Notes: generated from the letters alone by a model not told the origin. Positions 31,159 through 41,325 are shown, counted from the stretch's first letter. The stretch: DNA of 64,000 nt from an uncultured Pseudomonadota bacterium (GCA_963843375.1 CAWJKT010000008.1:128001-192000), one strand, 5' to 3'. Numbers and translations are program-made.

Positions 31159-31757
31159 CGTACGCTGAAAACCTCTTAAAATCCAACGAAGATGAAAAGA
31201 AGCTTTTTCAAGCCGCTGGAATCGCCTTGGGCATCGAAGTTCTTTTTTTCCTCGCTTTGGGAATCGGCCATCTTCCTTTTCTGAGAAATCCATTCGATTC
31301 GGCCAACTATATTGAAGCCCAAATCGTCCAATTACCCCCCAACGCCCATTTGACTGGAGCGGAAGCCGTCAAGGATGAGGACGAGGTGGTCTTCAGCCGG
31401 AAACAAAGCCACAAGAAAAAGGTTGAGAAAAAAGAACCGCCAAAAGCCCCGGAGCAAAACCAAGTAGAGGCCGGCCCGAGTTTAGGCCCGACCCATGGCC
31501 CCGTGGCTTTTTACGCCCCGGCCCCGGTCATCCCCGCTTACCTGAGGGACCAGAACTTGAAGACCAGCGTGGTCATCGAATTTCTAATTACTGCCCAGGC
31601 CGTGGTAACCCCTCGGCTTTTGGAATCCAGCGGCAACGACGAGTTGGATGCCATCGCCCTAAAAACCGCCTCGAAGTGGCAGTTCAAACCCGCAGCCCAG
31701 GATAATGTCCCGGTGGATTCCAAAACACGCTTAAGGATCCTTTTTGAGGTCTATTAA
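31155..31757 (+). CDS. tonB: TonB
   Basis: N-terminal TM; C-terminal SSG..LD..A....W.FKPA. Confidence 0.88.
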   Translation: MTYAENLLKSNEDEKKLFQAAGIALGIEVLFFLALGIGHLPFLRNPFDSANYIEAQIVQLPPNAHLTGAEAVKDEDEVVFSRKQSHKKKVEKKEPPKAPEQNQVEAGPSLGPTHGPVAFYAPAPVIPAYLRDQNLKTSVVIEFLITAQAVVTPRLLESSGNDELDAIALKTASKWQFKPAAQDNVPVDSKTRLRILFEVY

Positions 31758-31781
31758 AAGTCCCTATTTCGGGCTTGGCCC

Positions 31782-31832
31782 TAAATAAAAAAAGCAACGT
31801 CGGTATTAAACCAACGTTGCTTTTTTTATTTA
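31782..31832. terminator. Bidirectional intrinsic terminator
   Basis: taaataaaaaaagcaacgt...acgttgctttttttattta between convergent tonB and tatA. Confidence 0.85.
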
Positions 31833-31838
31833 TCTTTA

Positions 31839-32078
31839 TTAGGAAACGGTCGAATGTTCCTTGGTTTCGGAAGGTTTGGCTTCGGCGGGCAAGGCGGTTT
31901 GAACCGGTGCGGCGGTTGAGGTGGAAGCAGCATGATTCGCTGGATCGTCTGGATTCGCCGCTTTCTTGAATTCACGCATTGCGGTTCCCAAGCCTTTGGC
32001 GAAATCGACCATTTTATTCGGTCCAAAAAACAAAAGTCCAACAGCGAGTATGAGTAGGATTTCTTCGATACGGCCCAT
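31839..32078 (-). CDS. tatA: TatA/E translocase subunit
   Basis: E..LIL...LLFFGP.K....KGLG..MREFKKA. Confidence 0.9.
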   Translation of the reverse strand: MGRIEEILLILAVGLLFFGPNKMVDFAKGLGTAMREFKKAANPDDPANHAASTSTAAPVQTALPAEAKPSETKEHSTVS

Positions 32079-32182
32079 GGCAAGCTCCCTAAAAACTAAG
32101 AATTAAGCTTCTATATTAAGGATGCTCTCTTATCCCCGTTTTTTCAATAGGTATTTCACTCTACCCTAAAATTCGTGGTGAT

Positions 32183-32551
32183 TCAGCCGTTATTGGATTT
32201 TGAATAGTGCCGGATCAGGCTGGCTATTTGCTCCCGGAAAGCCGACTTAGGCAAAACTAAATCCGCTCCCAGTTCCCTGGCGTCTTGCAAAAGATCAGCC
32301 CGGAGACTGTTTCCAAAGGCCACAATGTGAATTTTTCGCGTTGAAGGATTTTCCTTCAACTTTTGAACCAGCGAAGGCCCGTCCAGGGCTGCCAAACCGA
32401 TTTCAATGAAAATAACGTCCGGAGTCTCTTCCTGAAGAGCCGCTAAAAGCGTCTCTTCCTCCACTAGGCAAAGACATTCTACCGATTCATTTTCGGCCGC
32501 TTTCTCAATCATTTCCTGGGATAAAACTTCTTGAACGACCGCCATAATCAT
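32183..32551 (-). CDS. Stand-alone atypical receiver-domain protein
   Basis: PDVIFIE...DG..LVQKLK.NPST; GADLVLPK. Confidence 0.75.
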   Translation of the reverse strand: MIMAVVQEVLSQEMIEKAAENESVECLCLVEEETLLAALQEETPDVIFIEIGLAALDGPSLVQKLKENPSTRKIHIVAFGNSLRADLLQDARELGADLVLPKSAFREQIASLIRHYSKSNNG

Positions 32552-32577
32552 CCTGCCACCTTATCGAAATAAAAAGG

Positions 32578-32773
32578 TTATTGCCCATTGGGAAGGGGGA
32601 TGAACATCAGCCCGTCATCGAGGAAGCTTTTCTTGGCACCCTTCTGGGCACAGGAAGGGTTTTGACAGCTGTATACCACTTTATAGTTTGTCTTGCCCGC
32701 GGCCAACTTCTCCCTTGATGATCTTTCGGGAGATTTCCTTCATCTCATTTCCACAACCCAAACAGAATGCCAA
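32578..32773 (-). CDS. Small Zn-ribbon protein with one apparent frameshift (not in ORF track)
   Basis: RBS GGAGG then TTG; MAFCLGCG...; removing one G in aagggagaag joins it to ...YSCQNPSC...GQ*. Confidence 0.6.
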
Positions 32774-32797
32774 ATTTTCTCCTCCAAATCCGGAATT

Positions 32798-33100
32798 TTA
32801 CCTCGACCGTTCTTCCGTTTCCTTTTCAATCTCAGCTATCCGCGCCTCCATCAATTGGTCAGCTTGCGTTCTTCCCAAAGGTGCCAGGGCTACGAATTTA
32901 GGCTGGTTGAGGACTACCAATTCCTGCTCGCGCATCTTTTCCAGGATGGAGTCCAAACGTTCCTTATCTTCCTTGGGAAAAAGTGCCTTTTGAAAACGGA
33001 TTTCCTTCAAAATGGATTCTGTCATTAAAAATGACGTTTTTCGCTTTTTAAAAACGTAAAGGATGGCGTCCTTAAAAAATTCATACTCATGGTCTGCCAT
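32798..33100 (-). CDS. Hypothetical protein (possible winged helix)
   Basis: ORF from MADHEYEFF in an operon-like arrangement. Confidence 0.6.
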   Translation of the reverse strand: MADHEYEFFKDAILYVFKKRKTSFLMTESILKEIRFQKALFPKEDKERLDSILEKMREQELVVLNQPKFVALAPLGRTQADQLMEARIAEIEKETEERSR

Positions 33101-33132
33101 CGGGTGACCTTTCAAAACATCCGAAATCCTAG

Positions 33133-33708
33133 TTATTTGGCCAGGGTTTCCTCGATACGCCGGTCCGGCACTAGCCACATCAAAGCAACTGCCACATACA
33201 AAGCGTAGGCAAGCCAATAGTTCAAAAAACAAAGTAATAAAGCGATGGCATAAATCACAATAGAAATTTTGCCTTTGAAATCGCTTCCCAAGGCCGCGGC
33301 CAAGGTGGAGTTTTGACCTGGGTGAGCCAAGAGAACCCGTACCAGAATATAGTAGGCAACCGCCGAGAAAAAAAGATCAGCCCCGTAGATTGCAACGGGC
33401 CAAGCGGCAAAGCTATCGATCCCAATCCAGCGGGTCGCAAAGGGAATTAGCGAAAGCCAAAACAAAAGGTGCAAGTTCGCCCACAGGGTAGGGCCGTTGA
33501 TTGTCTTGACGGCCTGCATCAAATGATGATGATTGCTCCAGTAGATCCCTATGAATATAAAACTTAGGGCGTAGCTGACAAAATCGGGTATCAGGGGTTT
33601 CAAATCGGCCAAACCCGTTCCGTTGGGCACTTTCAGTTCCAGGACCATGATGGTAATGATGATGGCCATAACCCCATCACTGAAAGCCTCCAACCGTCCC
33701 TTGTTCAT
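33133..33708 (-). CDS. TMEM175/DUF1211 potassium channel family
   Basis: RLEAFSDGVMAIIITIMVLE; W.NHH. Confidence 0.93.
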   Translation of the reverse strand: MNKGRLEAFSDGVMAIIITIMVLELKVPNGTGLADLKPLIPDFVSYALSFIFIGIYWSNHHHLMQAVKTINGPTLWANLHLLFWLSLIPFATRWIGIDSFAAWPVAIYGADLFFSAVAYYILVRVLLAHPGQNSTLAAALGSDFKGKISIVIYAIALLLCFLNYWLAYALYVAVALMWLVPDRRIEETLAK

Positions 33709-33754
33709 GAAAGTCCTTTTTTTAAATCATTATAGCGAAATGCAAATTCTGTCT

Positions 33755-34714
33755 TTATATACCTGGCGGGAACAAAACCAAGACCACCGTGCCCAAGGCG
33801 GCGAGTGCTCCCACCAACCCGAAGATGAGATCCGATCTTCTATTTCCCTGCCTTTCCCACTGGGCCTTACATAGAAAACCTAATAGTGCTCCGCAGGCAA
33901 AGCCTGAACCGTGGGCCGCATTATCCGCTCCGACTACAAATCCAAAGGCCATAGTGTAAAGACCCCACATCACCATCTGATTGCGGACAGATTTACCCAT
34001 CCGGGTCCCATCCCGTTGTCCCCAGCCCGCTGCCAGACCGATCAGTCCCATTAGAGACCCGGAAGCCCCTATCCCCACTCCCCTTAAACCCAATAGCTCG
34101 CTTCCCAAGCCCGCCACAATTCCGGTCAACATGAAAAAGAACAACATCCGCCCCCGACCGAAGACCTGCTCAATTTGGGGACCAATTTGCTGGAGGGCGA
34201 TCAGGTTGAACAGGATATGAATTAAGTTCGCATGAAGAAAAATGTAGGTTGAAAGCCGCCACCATTCCCCTTCCCTGACTGCTGGAGGGAAATTGCCCCC
34301 AAAATGGATAAGCGTATCTCCTTCTAGGTTCAAGAAGCCTAGACCGCCTTGGGCGATCGCGACACGCAAATAACAGAGGATGATTCCCGCGCTGAGCAGG
34401 GAACTGACTGAAGCCGGATGAAAACCAACGATGCCCAAACGCCCTAAAACTTCCAAGAACCGGGGGACCATGGCCATGCCGCAGTTGGGACAAATCTTAT
34501 TAGTCCTATCTTGGAGGGTATGACAATGGGGGCAAATTCGATGCTGGTAAGCACTAGGTTGGTTTGTGACCCGGCTCCGGTTTCGAGGGTTCGACCACCT
34601 TTCCTTAAAGTTCATCAGTTTCCACCGGATCTTGACGGGATTCAGGCCCAATAAACCTCCGATTCGGGCGAGTCGGTCTATCCAATCTTTTGGGTTTTCG
34701 GCAGGGTCTGACAT
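33755..34714 (-). CDS. Rhomboid protease with N-terminal Zn ribbon
   Basis: WWRL...FLH...HILFN, GASG, AHGSG; CxxC x2. Confidence 0.92.
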   Translation of the reverse strand: MSDPAENPKDWIDRLARIGGLLGLNPVKIRWKLMNFKERWSNPRNRSRVTNQPSAYQHRICPHCHTLQDRTNKICPNCGMAMVPRFLEVLGRLGIVGFHPASVSSLLSAGIILCYLRVAIAQGGLGFLNLEGDTLIHFGGNFPPAVREGEWWRLSTYIFLHANLIHILFNLIALQQIGPQIEQVFGRGRMLFFFMLTGIVAGLGSELLGLRGVGIGASGSLMGLIGLAAGWGQRDGTRMGKSVRNQMVMWGLYTMAFGFVVGADNAAHGSGFACGALLGFLCKAQWERQGNRRSDLIFGLVGALAALGTVVLVLFPPGI

Positions 34715-34892
34715 AGTACCCCCATCATAAGGGAGACCGGGGCCTTGGGATACCGGACTTGGATGGAATTTCCCGGTCTTGCCCAGTTGTTATCTAAAAC
34801 TATTTTGTTTTCCTCTCTATTGACTTCTGAAGCGCTTCTTAACAATGATCCTGAATAACAGTATAGATATTCCATTGGTTGGAGGGCTCACC

Positions 34893-35669
34893 ATGAAATT
34901 GACAGGGCACACCGTTTTAGTAACTGGCGGCGGGTCGGGTATCGGCGGAGGGTTGGCGAAGGCTTTTCACGAACAGGGCAACAAGGTGATCATCACAGGA
35001 CGGAAGGAACAAAAATTAAAGGATTTTGCCGCCCATTATCCGGGTATGGAAGCTTTTACAATGGATGTGGCCAAAGACACGGATGTAAAAAGGCTTTTCA
35101 CGGTGATCAGCGAAAAGTTTCCCACTCTGGATGTGCTGGTGAACAACGCAGGGGTTATGAGGTGGAAGGATTTTACCAAGCCGGAAAACTTGGGTCAGGA
35201 CCTCTTTGAGGAAATCGACATCAACTTAAAGGGCCTCATCCACATGACGGCCATCTTCCTTCCCTTACTCTTAAAACAAAAGGATTCCACCCTAATCAAT
35301 ATCAGCTCGGGTTTGGCTTATATGCCATTAGCTGGCTCCCCTATTTATTGTGCCACTAAGGCGGCAATCCATTCCTATTCCATGTCCCTGCGCCATCAAT
35401 TGCGGGACACCTCGGTTAGGGTCATCGAAATCGCTCCACCAGCCGTTGAAACCGATCTGGGGAAGGCGCCAGGAGTTCCAGAAATCAAATACCCCAAACT
35501 GGGACTGGAGCCGTTTATGATCCAAACAATGAAGGCCCTGGAATCGGACGGGACGGAACTGCCTATTGGCCAAGCAAAAATGCTGCGTTTCGGCAGCCGT
35601 TTATTACCTTCGGTTTTTTTCAACCTGCTCAACCCAGCCAAAGGTCCCAGGGCCGGAACCCCAAGTTGA
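34893..35669 (+). CDS. Short-chain dehydrogenase (DltE-like)
   Basis: TGGGSGIG, NNAG, YCATK. Confidence 0.92.
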   Translation: MKLTGHTVLVTGGGSGIGGGLAKAFHEQGNKVIITGRKEQKLKDFAAHYPGMEAFTMDVAKDTDVKRLFTVISEKFPTLDVLVNNAGVMRWKDFTKPENLGQDLFEEIDINLKGLIHMTAIFLPLLLKQKDSTLINISSGLAYMPLAGSPIYCATKAAIHSYSMSLRHQLRDTSVRVIEIAPPAVETDLGKAPGVPEIKYPKLGLEPFMIQTMKALESDGTELPIGQAKMLRFGSRLLPSVFFNLLNPAKGPRAGTPS

Positions 35670-35863
35670 GGCCTATGTCCGGGTATACTGCCACCAGCCG
35701 TGATCCTACGAGTTCTTATGTCCAAACCCCAAGCTCGCCCCCCCCCGCTTTAGTTGTTCTGGATTAATTATTTAATAAAAATCCGTAACCGAGCGGCAGG
35801 GTTTGTGGAGCAAAAGTTATAAAGTGCCATAACCCCAGGTTTTCGGTAGTTTTGGTTCCAAAC

Positions 35864-36100
35864 TCACCCCTTGGGCGGAAGGGACATGAAGCTTTTCGCT
35901 TTTTGATACTCTGCGTCGAATTCCTCGATCAATTCAGGATAAACGACGACTCTTTCCGTCCTGGATTTTTCGTTTTTAATTCGAACGTCCTCAATCAATA
36001 AATAGCGCCCCGACCTGGGAGAATCTTTGACGGTGAACCGATATTCCCCGCTTTTCACTTTGATCGCCGACTCATATACCGTCTTGTTTTCCGAATCCAT
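35864..36100 (-). CDS. PUR/DUF3276-like nucleic acid-binding protein
   Basis: Y.F.VK.S..G.YL.I....R.ERVVVY.E....F pattern. Confidence 0.7.
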   Translation of the reverse strand: MDSENKTVYESAIKVKSGEYRFTVKDSPRSGRYLLIEDVRIKNEKSRTERVVVYPELIEEFDAEYQKAKSFMSLPPKG

Positions 36101-36166
36101 GCCCCCCCCCTGAGATGATGCGGCATCAGTTCACCCGGAATCGGACAAAAGCGAAGCCTCTTTTTT

Positions 36167-36325
36167 TTATACTTTATTTGTTTCAGGCGCCTTTTTTACA
36201 ACAGCGGCCATTTTTGCCATGGCTTCCACCAGGGCGGATCCATTCAAATGGCGGGTCTTTTTTCGTTGAATCCTTTTCACCGAAAATTCCGTCTTGGCCT
36301 TCTTGGGCCCTTTTTGCTTTGTCAT
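36167..36325 (-). CDS. Small basic hypothetical protein (52 aa; not in ORF track)
   Basis: GGAG RBS; MTKQKGPKKAKTEFSVKRIQRKKTRH... Confidence 0.45.
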   Translation of the reverse strand: MTKQKGPKKAKTEFSVKRIQRKKTRHLNGSALVEAMAKMAAVVKKAPETNKV

Positions 36326-36531
36326 ATCCAACTCCCAGAAACAAGTTTAAGTAACAAGCCATCCTAGAAGGTTCAACCTCTAATAGATACCTGAGTGGAA
36401 AATATAGTTCGCCTATCGTCACCCCATTGACAATCGCTGATCTTTTATCGAGCAGTGACCCAAGTGAAGGAAAAGAACCAAAGGAATTTGCGGGTAAAGG
36501 GATGGCTCCATTTCGGCCTGGCGCCAATTTC

Positions 36532-37341
36532 CTATCGTTTGATGAGGTCAAACAAACTCAACATTTGATACCCGGCGGGAGGATCAAAAGTAGTTGGGCT
36601 GAAGCTCCGGGCGCGGACCCGGAGGATTTGAAACCGGCTGGACGGCTTTCCTCTCGTGTAAAGGACTGCCAGAATCGGTATTTGGGAATTCGAAAGCCTC
36701 TCCTGAAAATCTGTTGAATCCACCCCCCATTGGGCCAGTCCCCCCCCGCAAACATCTACAATCAGGTGGATCAAACTGCGCAAGGTACTATAGTCTTCCT
36801 CGCTCATGCCTATTTTTTCAGTAGAAGTCACCCATACTTCCCTGGCTTTTTTCCCGTCCAAATCGGTGCGATACTCATCGCAAGTAAAACCCCTTTTCTG
36901 GATTCCTTGTCCTTTTAAAATCGGTACACCATTAAAAAAAGCCCTGGCGTTTTCTTCTGTTAGTTCAAAAGCCTTCTGGGCGCTTTCATTCGATCCCATA
37001 ATTTCCCTCTGGAGTCTGTCGGCGGCGGCGGTTCCGAACAATTTGAGAGCAACCTGATTGTCCTGGGTAAGTGTCAAAATGGTTTTGTGGAGATCGTCCA
37101 CCACAGTCACCAGGGAGGTTTCCCGATCATAAATCAGGGACCCGTGGGACCATGGCCCCCGGAAATCAAACCTGAGTTGTCCGTCACCAATGGCGGTCTC
37201 CACATCTACCCAAGCATCCTTATAGATGTAACTTTCGAGGTGGGCTCTCAAGCCGATCCCCGCCCAAAGAGGTGCTGTCCAGCCGCAGAGCAGAAGAACA
37301 AACGGGGTTATTCCTAAGGTTTTATTCACGGGCGCCATCAT
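36532..37341 (-). CDS. Exported DUF4412-like protein
   Basis: Signal peptide; G..C.EY...EVWVT; F.PPAGY C-terminus. Confidence 0.7.
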   Translation of the reverse strand: MMAPVNKTLGITPFVLLLCGWTAPLWAGIGLRAHLESYIYKDAWVDVETAIGDGQLRFDFRGPWSHGSLIYDRETSLVTVVDDLHKTILTLTQDNQVALKLFGTAAADRLQREIMGSNESAQKAFELTEENARAFFNGVPILKGQGIQKRGFTCDEYRTDLDGKKAREVWVTSTEKIGMSEEDYSTLRSLIHLIVDVCGGGLAQWGVDSTDFQERLSNSQIPILAVLYTRGKPSSRFQILRVRARSFSPTTFDPPAGYQMLSLFDLIKR

Positions 37342-37491
37342 AATGGTGTCCAGAAAGAAGGATCAAGGGATTCATGGTGGTTCCTACAAAACTGTAATCC
37401 GACTTTCATTTTTACCCGATCCTTTCTACGCCCATCCCCCTAAATTTTTAGAGAAAAAGCCGGTCCCGGCTTTTTCAACCCGTTCCAAAGT

Positions 37492-37507
37492 TGGTATGAC
37501 TGTTGCT
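37492..37507 (+). promoter_or_regulatory. Putative sigma54 -24/-12 promoter TGGTATGACTGTTGCT
   Basis: GG-N10-GC with TTGCT. Confidence 0.55.
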
Positions 37508-37570
37508 TTATAAATAGAAGTCGTAAATGAATTGGAAAAACCGGGGTAAAAAATCAGGCGCTTGACGGGT

Positions 37571-37665
37571 GAAGCGGTGAGCGCGGTTAAAACGCTATCA
37601 ACTCATTTTATAAAAATAATTATTAAGAACTGTTGATTCATGCGTGCAACCGCGTTCATCGCTTT
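37571..37665 (+). ncRNA. Long RNA hairpin in the 5' leader of a small ORF
   Basis: 18 contiguous pairs (3 G-U) between 37571-37588 and 37648-37665, plus inner stems. Confidence 0.5.
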
Positions 37666-37699
37666 TTCAATCAATGAACTGCCGACAGGAGGTAGAAAA

Positions 37700-37819
37700 A
37701 TGAAAAGTTCTTACTGGAATTCATGGACGGGTTTTTTAACCCAAATGATTTCTTTCGGGGTTATTGGCATTCTTATCGCCTTATTGGTGAAAAATCTTCA
37801 GAATATTCTGGGCGGTTGA
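37700..37819 (+). CDS. 39-aa single-TM small protein (not in ORF track)
   Basis: AGGAGG RBS; MKSSYWNSWTGFLTQMISFGVIGILIALLVKNLQNILGG*. Confidence 0.7.
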   Translation: MKSSYWNSWTGFLTQMISFGVIGILIALLVKNLQNILGG

Positions 37820-38223
37820 AATTAGTGGAAAACATTTACCGTTACTTAAAAAATCTATTCGAGTTGAGACACTCTTTTCCGATCAGACGCCTGATTTGGT
37901 CCTTGGAAACCCGTTTGCAATGGTCCATGGAATCCTTTTTAAGGACAATCCGATCCGACAAGTAAGTTGACTTATTCCTCAGAGATGGGTGGAACCAGAC
38001 CACCTTAAGGAAATCAGCGGAATGTAAAAAGCTGGTTAGAATTCTACTCTGCCCAACTTTTGGTTCCATTGGCCGCAAAATAGGCAATACCTCACCTTGT
38101 TATCTGAGCCTCGGCAATCTCTTCCTTATTCTTGAAATATTCCCTTTTGATTCACGGTTCACTAAAATAAATACAGGAATCAACTCGATTTTCGATCATT
38201 GTTGCTGTTTGGCAGGAGGGGTC

Positions 38224-38682
38224 ATGTCCTCAGGGGATGCTTCGGAAAAATTTTTGGATGATATTCACCGCCTACGGGAATGCCTGGAGGGAACATTTTT
38301 TCTCGATCGTTTGAAAATGCCGGAGTTGGAAAAGCTCATGTCCGCCATGAAGAAACAACATTTTCCCGCAGGGTCCACTATCTTCAAGCAGGGGGATAAA
38401 GGGGAGACATTTTACCTAGTTTCCAAGGGCTTGCTTTCTTTCTGGGTCCGCAAAGGGCTGGTGGACAAAAAAGTCACCGAACTTCATCCCAAGGATTTCT
38501 TCGGTGAAACGGCCCTCATCAGCGAGAACCCGCGCTCAGCCACCGTGAAAACCGAAACCGAATGCGACCTGTTTCTTTTAAACAAAGCAGATTTTAGAGA
38601 AATCTTGATGGCCAACCTTTGGATCGCCGAGGAAATTCGATCCCACATGGCCCAAAAAAACCGAATCAAGAAAAAATCGTAG
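38224..38682 (+). CDS. Stand-alone cyclic nucleotide-binding domain protein
   Basis: IFKQGDKG..FYLV..G; FFGETALI...PRSATV. Confidence 0.9.
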   Translation: MSSGDASEKFLDDIHRLRECLEGTFFLDRLKMPELEKLMSAMKKQHFPAGSTIFKQGDKGETFYLVSKGLLSFWVRKGLVDKKVTELHPKDFFGETALISENPRSATVKTETECDLFLLNKADFREILMANLWIAEEIRSHMAQKNRIKKKS

Positions 38683-38937
38683 ACCCCGGTCCATTGATGG
38701 TGAGCGTTCCCGCGACTTAGCCGTTTAATCCGATTGTCCTGTTTTCATTTAAAATCCCCCTGTAAGGTCGAATCATAAAACTCTTACCACTTTATACCGT
38801 CCCTTCATCCACCTGAAAGGGGGGAAGCTTTTAACGTGAAATGATAATTCCGCAACTTTATTCAAATTGCCCGCAAATTCAATCCCGGTTGTGTTAAATT
38901 CCCTAAGTTGCTTTCAGGAATTCAGAAAGGCAGACTC

Positions 38938-39219
38938 ATGAACTCTTGGGAAATTGTGGCCGAACAGGAAAAAGCCTTTTCAGGATCACAATATCGACTG
39001 GTACTGTTGCGCAGTCAAAAATCAACCGAACCCTACAAAGTTTATGGACTTGAAAGAGTGTCTTCTTTTTGGGATTTAGTGGACAAGTTTTACATCGCTG
39101 GATCGAATGGCACCGAGGAATTGGATTGGGTTTTCGAACAAGCCTGGCCTCTTTTCAACACCCGCAGGTCGGAATTGGGACACTTGAATTTATATAATTT
39201 CCCACAAACCAACTCATAA
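38938..39219 (+). CDS. Hypothetical protein, paralog of 41917..42198
   Basis: About 53/93 identical residues by manual alignment. Confidence 0.8.
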   Translation: MNSWEIVAEQEKAFSGSQYRLVLLRSQKSTEPYKVYGLERVSSFWDLVDKFYIAGSNGTEELDWVFEQAWPLFNTRRSELGHLNLYNFPQTNS

Positions 39220-39302
39220 AAAACCTGTCAAAATCCTCAATTAGGCCAAAAAGTCATCATCGATTCTTCACCAAACCCTTTTTAGTTTTATTCCTATATT
39301 CT

Positions 39303-39536
39303 TCAAACCAACTTGTCAAAATGTGGAGGATTTTCCAAAAGCGGCGGTTCGGTGGTATCAGAGGAATGGGTTTGAGAGGTGGATTCTGATTCCCTCAGCT
39401 CCTTTTGGCTTTGAAGGAGCTCGTTGTATTGTTCCCGGGATCGCCGGCCAAAACGGCGTCGGCGGGGCACCACGATTTCAGGGCCCACCAAGGGGGAAAT
39501 CGAATCAACGGGTGGAAAAGTATCTTCAAATGGCAT
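39303..39536 (-). CDS. Hypothetical protein
   Basis: GAGG RBS, 77-aa ORF. Confidence 0.5.
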   Translation of the reverse strand: MPFEDTFPPVDSISPLVGPEIVVPRRRRFGRRSREQYNELLQSQKELRESESTSQTHSSDTTEPPLLENPPHFDKLV

Positions 39537-39715
39537 AAAAAAACCTCAACCCATCCTACCTTAAACCTTAAGATTTTTCCAAGCGGTTGGAATCTCCCGA
39601 AAGACAACGATCTTCCGGGGAACGGTCAGGGTTTTAAACCAAAGCTTTAACCGAGCCGGCTCCGGTTTAATTCGAAAAGTTTTCTCAACCCTTTTCGGGC
39701 TCTTCCTGTCACCTT

Positions 39716-40793
39716 TCAGCGGATGGGAAAATCCTGCCCTCCATAAGGTGAAGGCATCTCGGGAGTTGGAGTCGGTTCAACATAGGGCGGCTTGAAGGTT
39801 TTCAATGGCATCAGACGAACCACCCAGTTGTTGTTAACGTCCGTCAGATAAATCCGGTTCAGCCGGTCGCTGGAGATTCCGCGAAACCGGGCCCCGTTTT
39901 TCAACCCCGCCCAATGGCTGCCGGCTTTCCACCGGCCCAAATACTCGAAGTAGCCGTCCTCCCCGTTGTAAAAATCCACTCGGTCTCCGTCGGCGATAAC
40001 CAACAGGCGCGACCGGGTGACGGCGGCCCCCGCAGGCTCCTTGAATTGGTAGGGGCCCTCCCCATACCAACCCTGTTGTGTGACGGGAACGGCATCGTTG
40101 TTGTAAACCTCGAATCGAAAATTGCCCGTATCGGCGACGATGGCCTGGTCGATATGATTGACCACCATACCCATAGGATTATTGAGGAGGTAAGCGTCGG
40201 TACCGTAGGAACCCCAAACGGACATGAAGGCACCTAAAGCGCTGAAAATCTGGACACGTGAGTTTCCCGAATCCAAAACCCAAATGTTCCCAAAATGGTC
40301 CCGGGCCACGGTTCGGGGCTCATTGAATTGGCCGTTATCCTGGCCCTGGCTTCCCCAGCAGGTCACCACCATCCCCTTCGCGTCCAGGACTACGACCCTT
40401 TGGTTGAGGGTGTCCCCCACGTAAATCTCCCCCGAGGGATGGGCGAGGATTCCAGCGGGCTGGTTGAACTCGGGGGGATTTTGCCAATCGGCCCTGGTAC
40501 CAAAGGTTCCAATATTTTGGGTGGAACCGCCTTCTGGATCCCAAATGACGATTCGGTTATTGCCCGTATCCGGCGATATAGATCTTGCCGTCCCGCCCCG
40601 CCGAAAGGGCTTCCGGATCCTTAAGTTGGGGGCTGCCCGTCTCGTCCCCTTTCCATATTTTGTCCAGCGTATAAAAAGGGTTTTTAATGGGAACAGGGGT
40701 GGCGGGCATAGTCATTTGGGTCCAACCCAAGGCAGGCGTTAAAAGGACAACCGCTACCGTAAGGCGCAAAAAGAATCCAAAATATTTAGCCAT
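39716..40793 (-). CDS. Secreted NHL-repeat protein, one apparent frameshift (~40570)
   Basis: Signal peptide; IYIA|DTGNNRI is restored by removing one G; multiple NHL repeats. Confidence 0.85.
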
Positions 40794-40866
40794 GGCCAAG
40801 CCTTTCGACGAACTGGATCCCAGGTTGAATTGTAGCAGGCTCGGGAACCCCCAGACATATCCCAGT

Positions 40867-41325
40867 TTACTTCTTTTTCGTGTTTTTTCCCCGGCGGCCC
40901 TGTGCGAATTCCACCAAATAACCATCCGGATCAAAGGCAGTCGCGGAACGCTCCCAAGGTTCATCGTGGGGCGGAGCGTGAAACGAAACCCCTTTTGCAC
41001 GCAATTCTTTGTAGAGGCCGTCCAAGTCATCTGTACTGAGTTCGACATGAATAGCCCTCTTTTGCTTAACAGTGGTTGGGGCCACCCCTTCTTTTTTCGC
41101 TTCGCTCAAAGCTAGCAAGCCGATGGTGCCCCCTGAGGAACCGCCGATTCGAACCATTGCGAAATAAGGAACCGCGTTCACCTCGCATCGGAACCCTAAC
41201 TTTTTCGTGTAAAAATCCATCGAACGTTTGACATCTTTGACCGTCAGGGTGAATCCTTCCAACCACATCTTTGTTTTCAAGGTCTGCTCCTTTTTAAGCT
41301 CGGATTCATGCTGGATTTCTCCCAA
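40867..41325 (-). CDS. VOC/glyoxalase family protein (start may be 41268)
   Basis: V.D..RS..FY...LG; PPHDEPW....DPDG..VE. Confidence 0.88.
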   Translation of the reverse strand: MGEIQHESELKKEQTLKTKMWLEGFTLTVKDVKRSMDFYTKKLGFRCEVNAVPYFAMVRIGGSSGGTIGLLALSEAKKEGVAPTTVKQKRAIHVELSTDDLDGLYKELRAKGVSFHAPPHDEPWERSATAFDPDGYLVEFAQGRRGKNTKKK

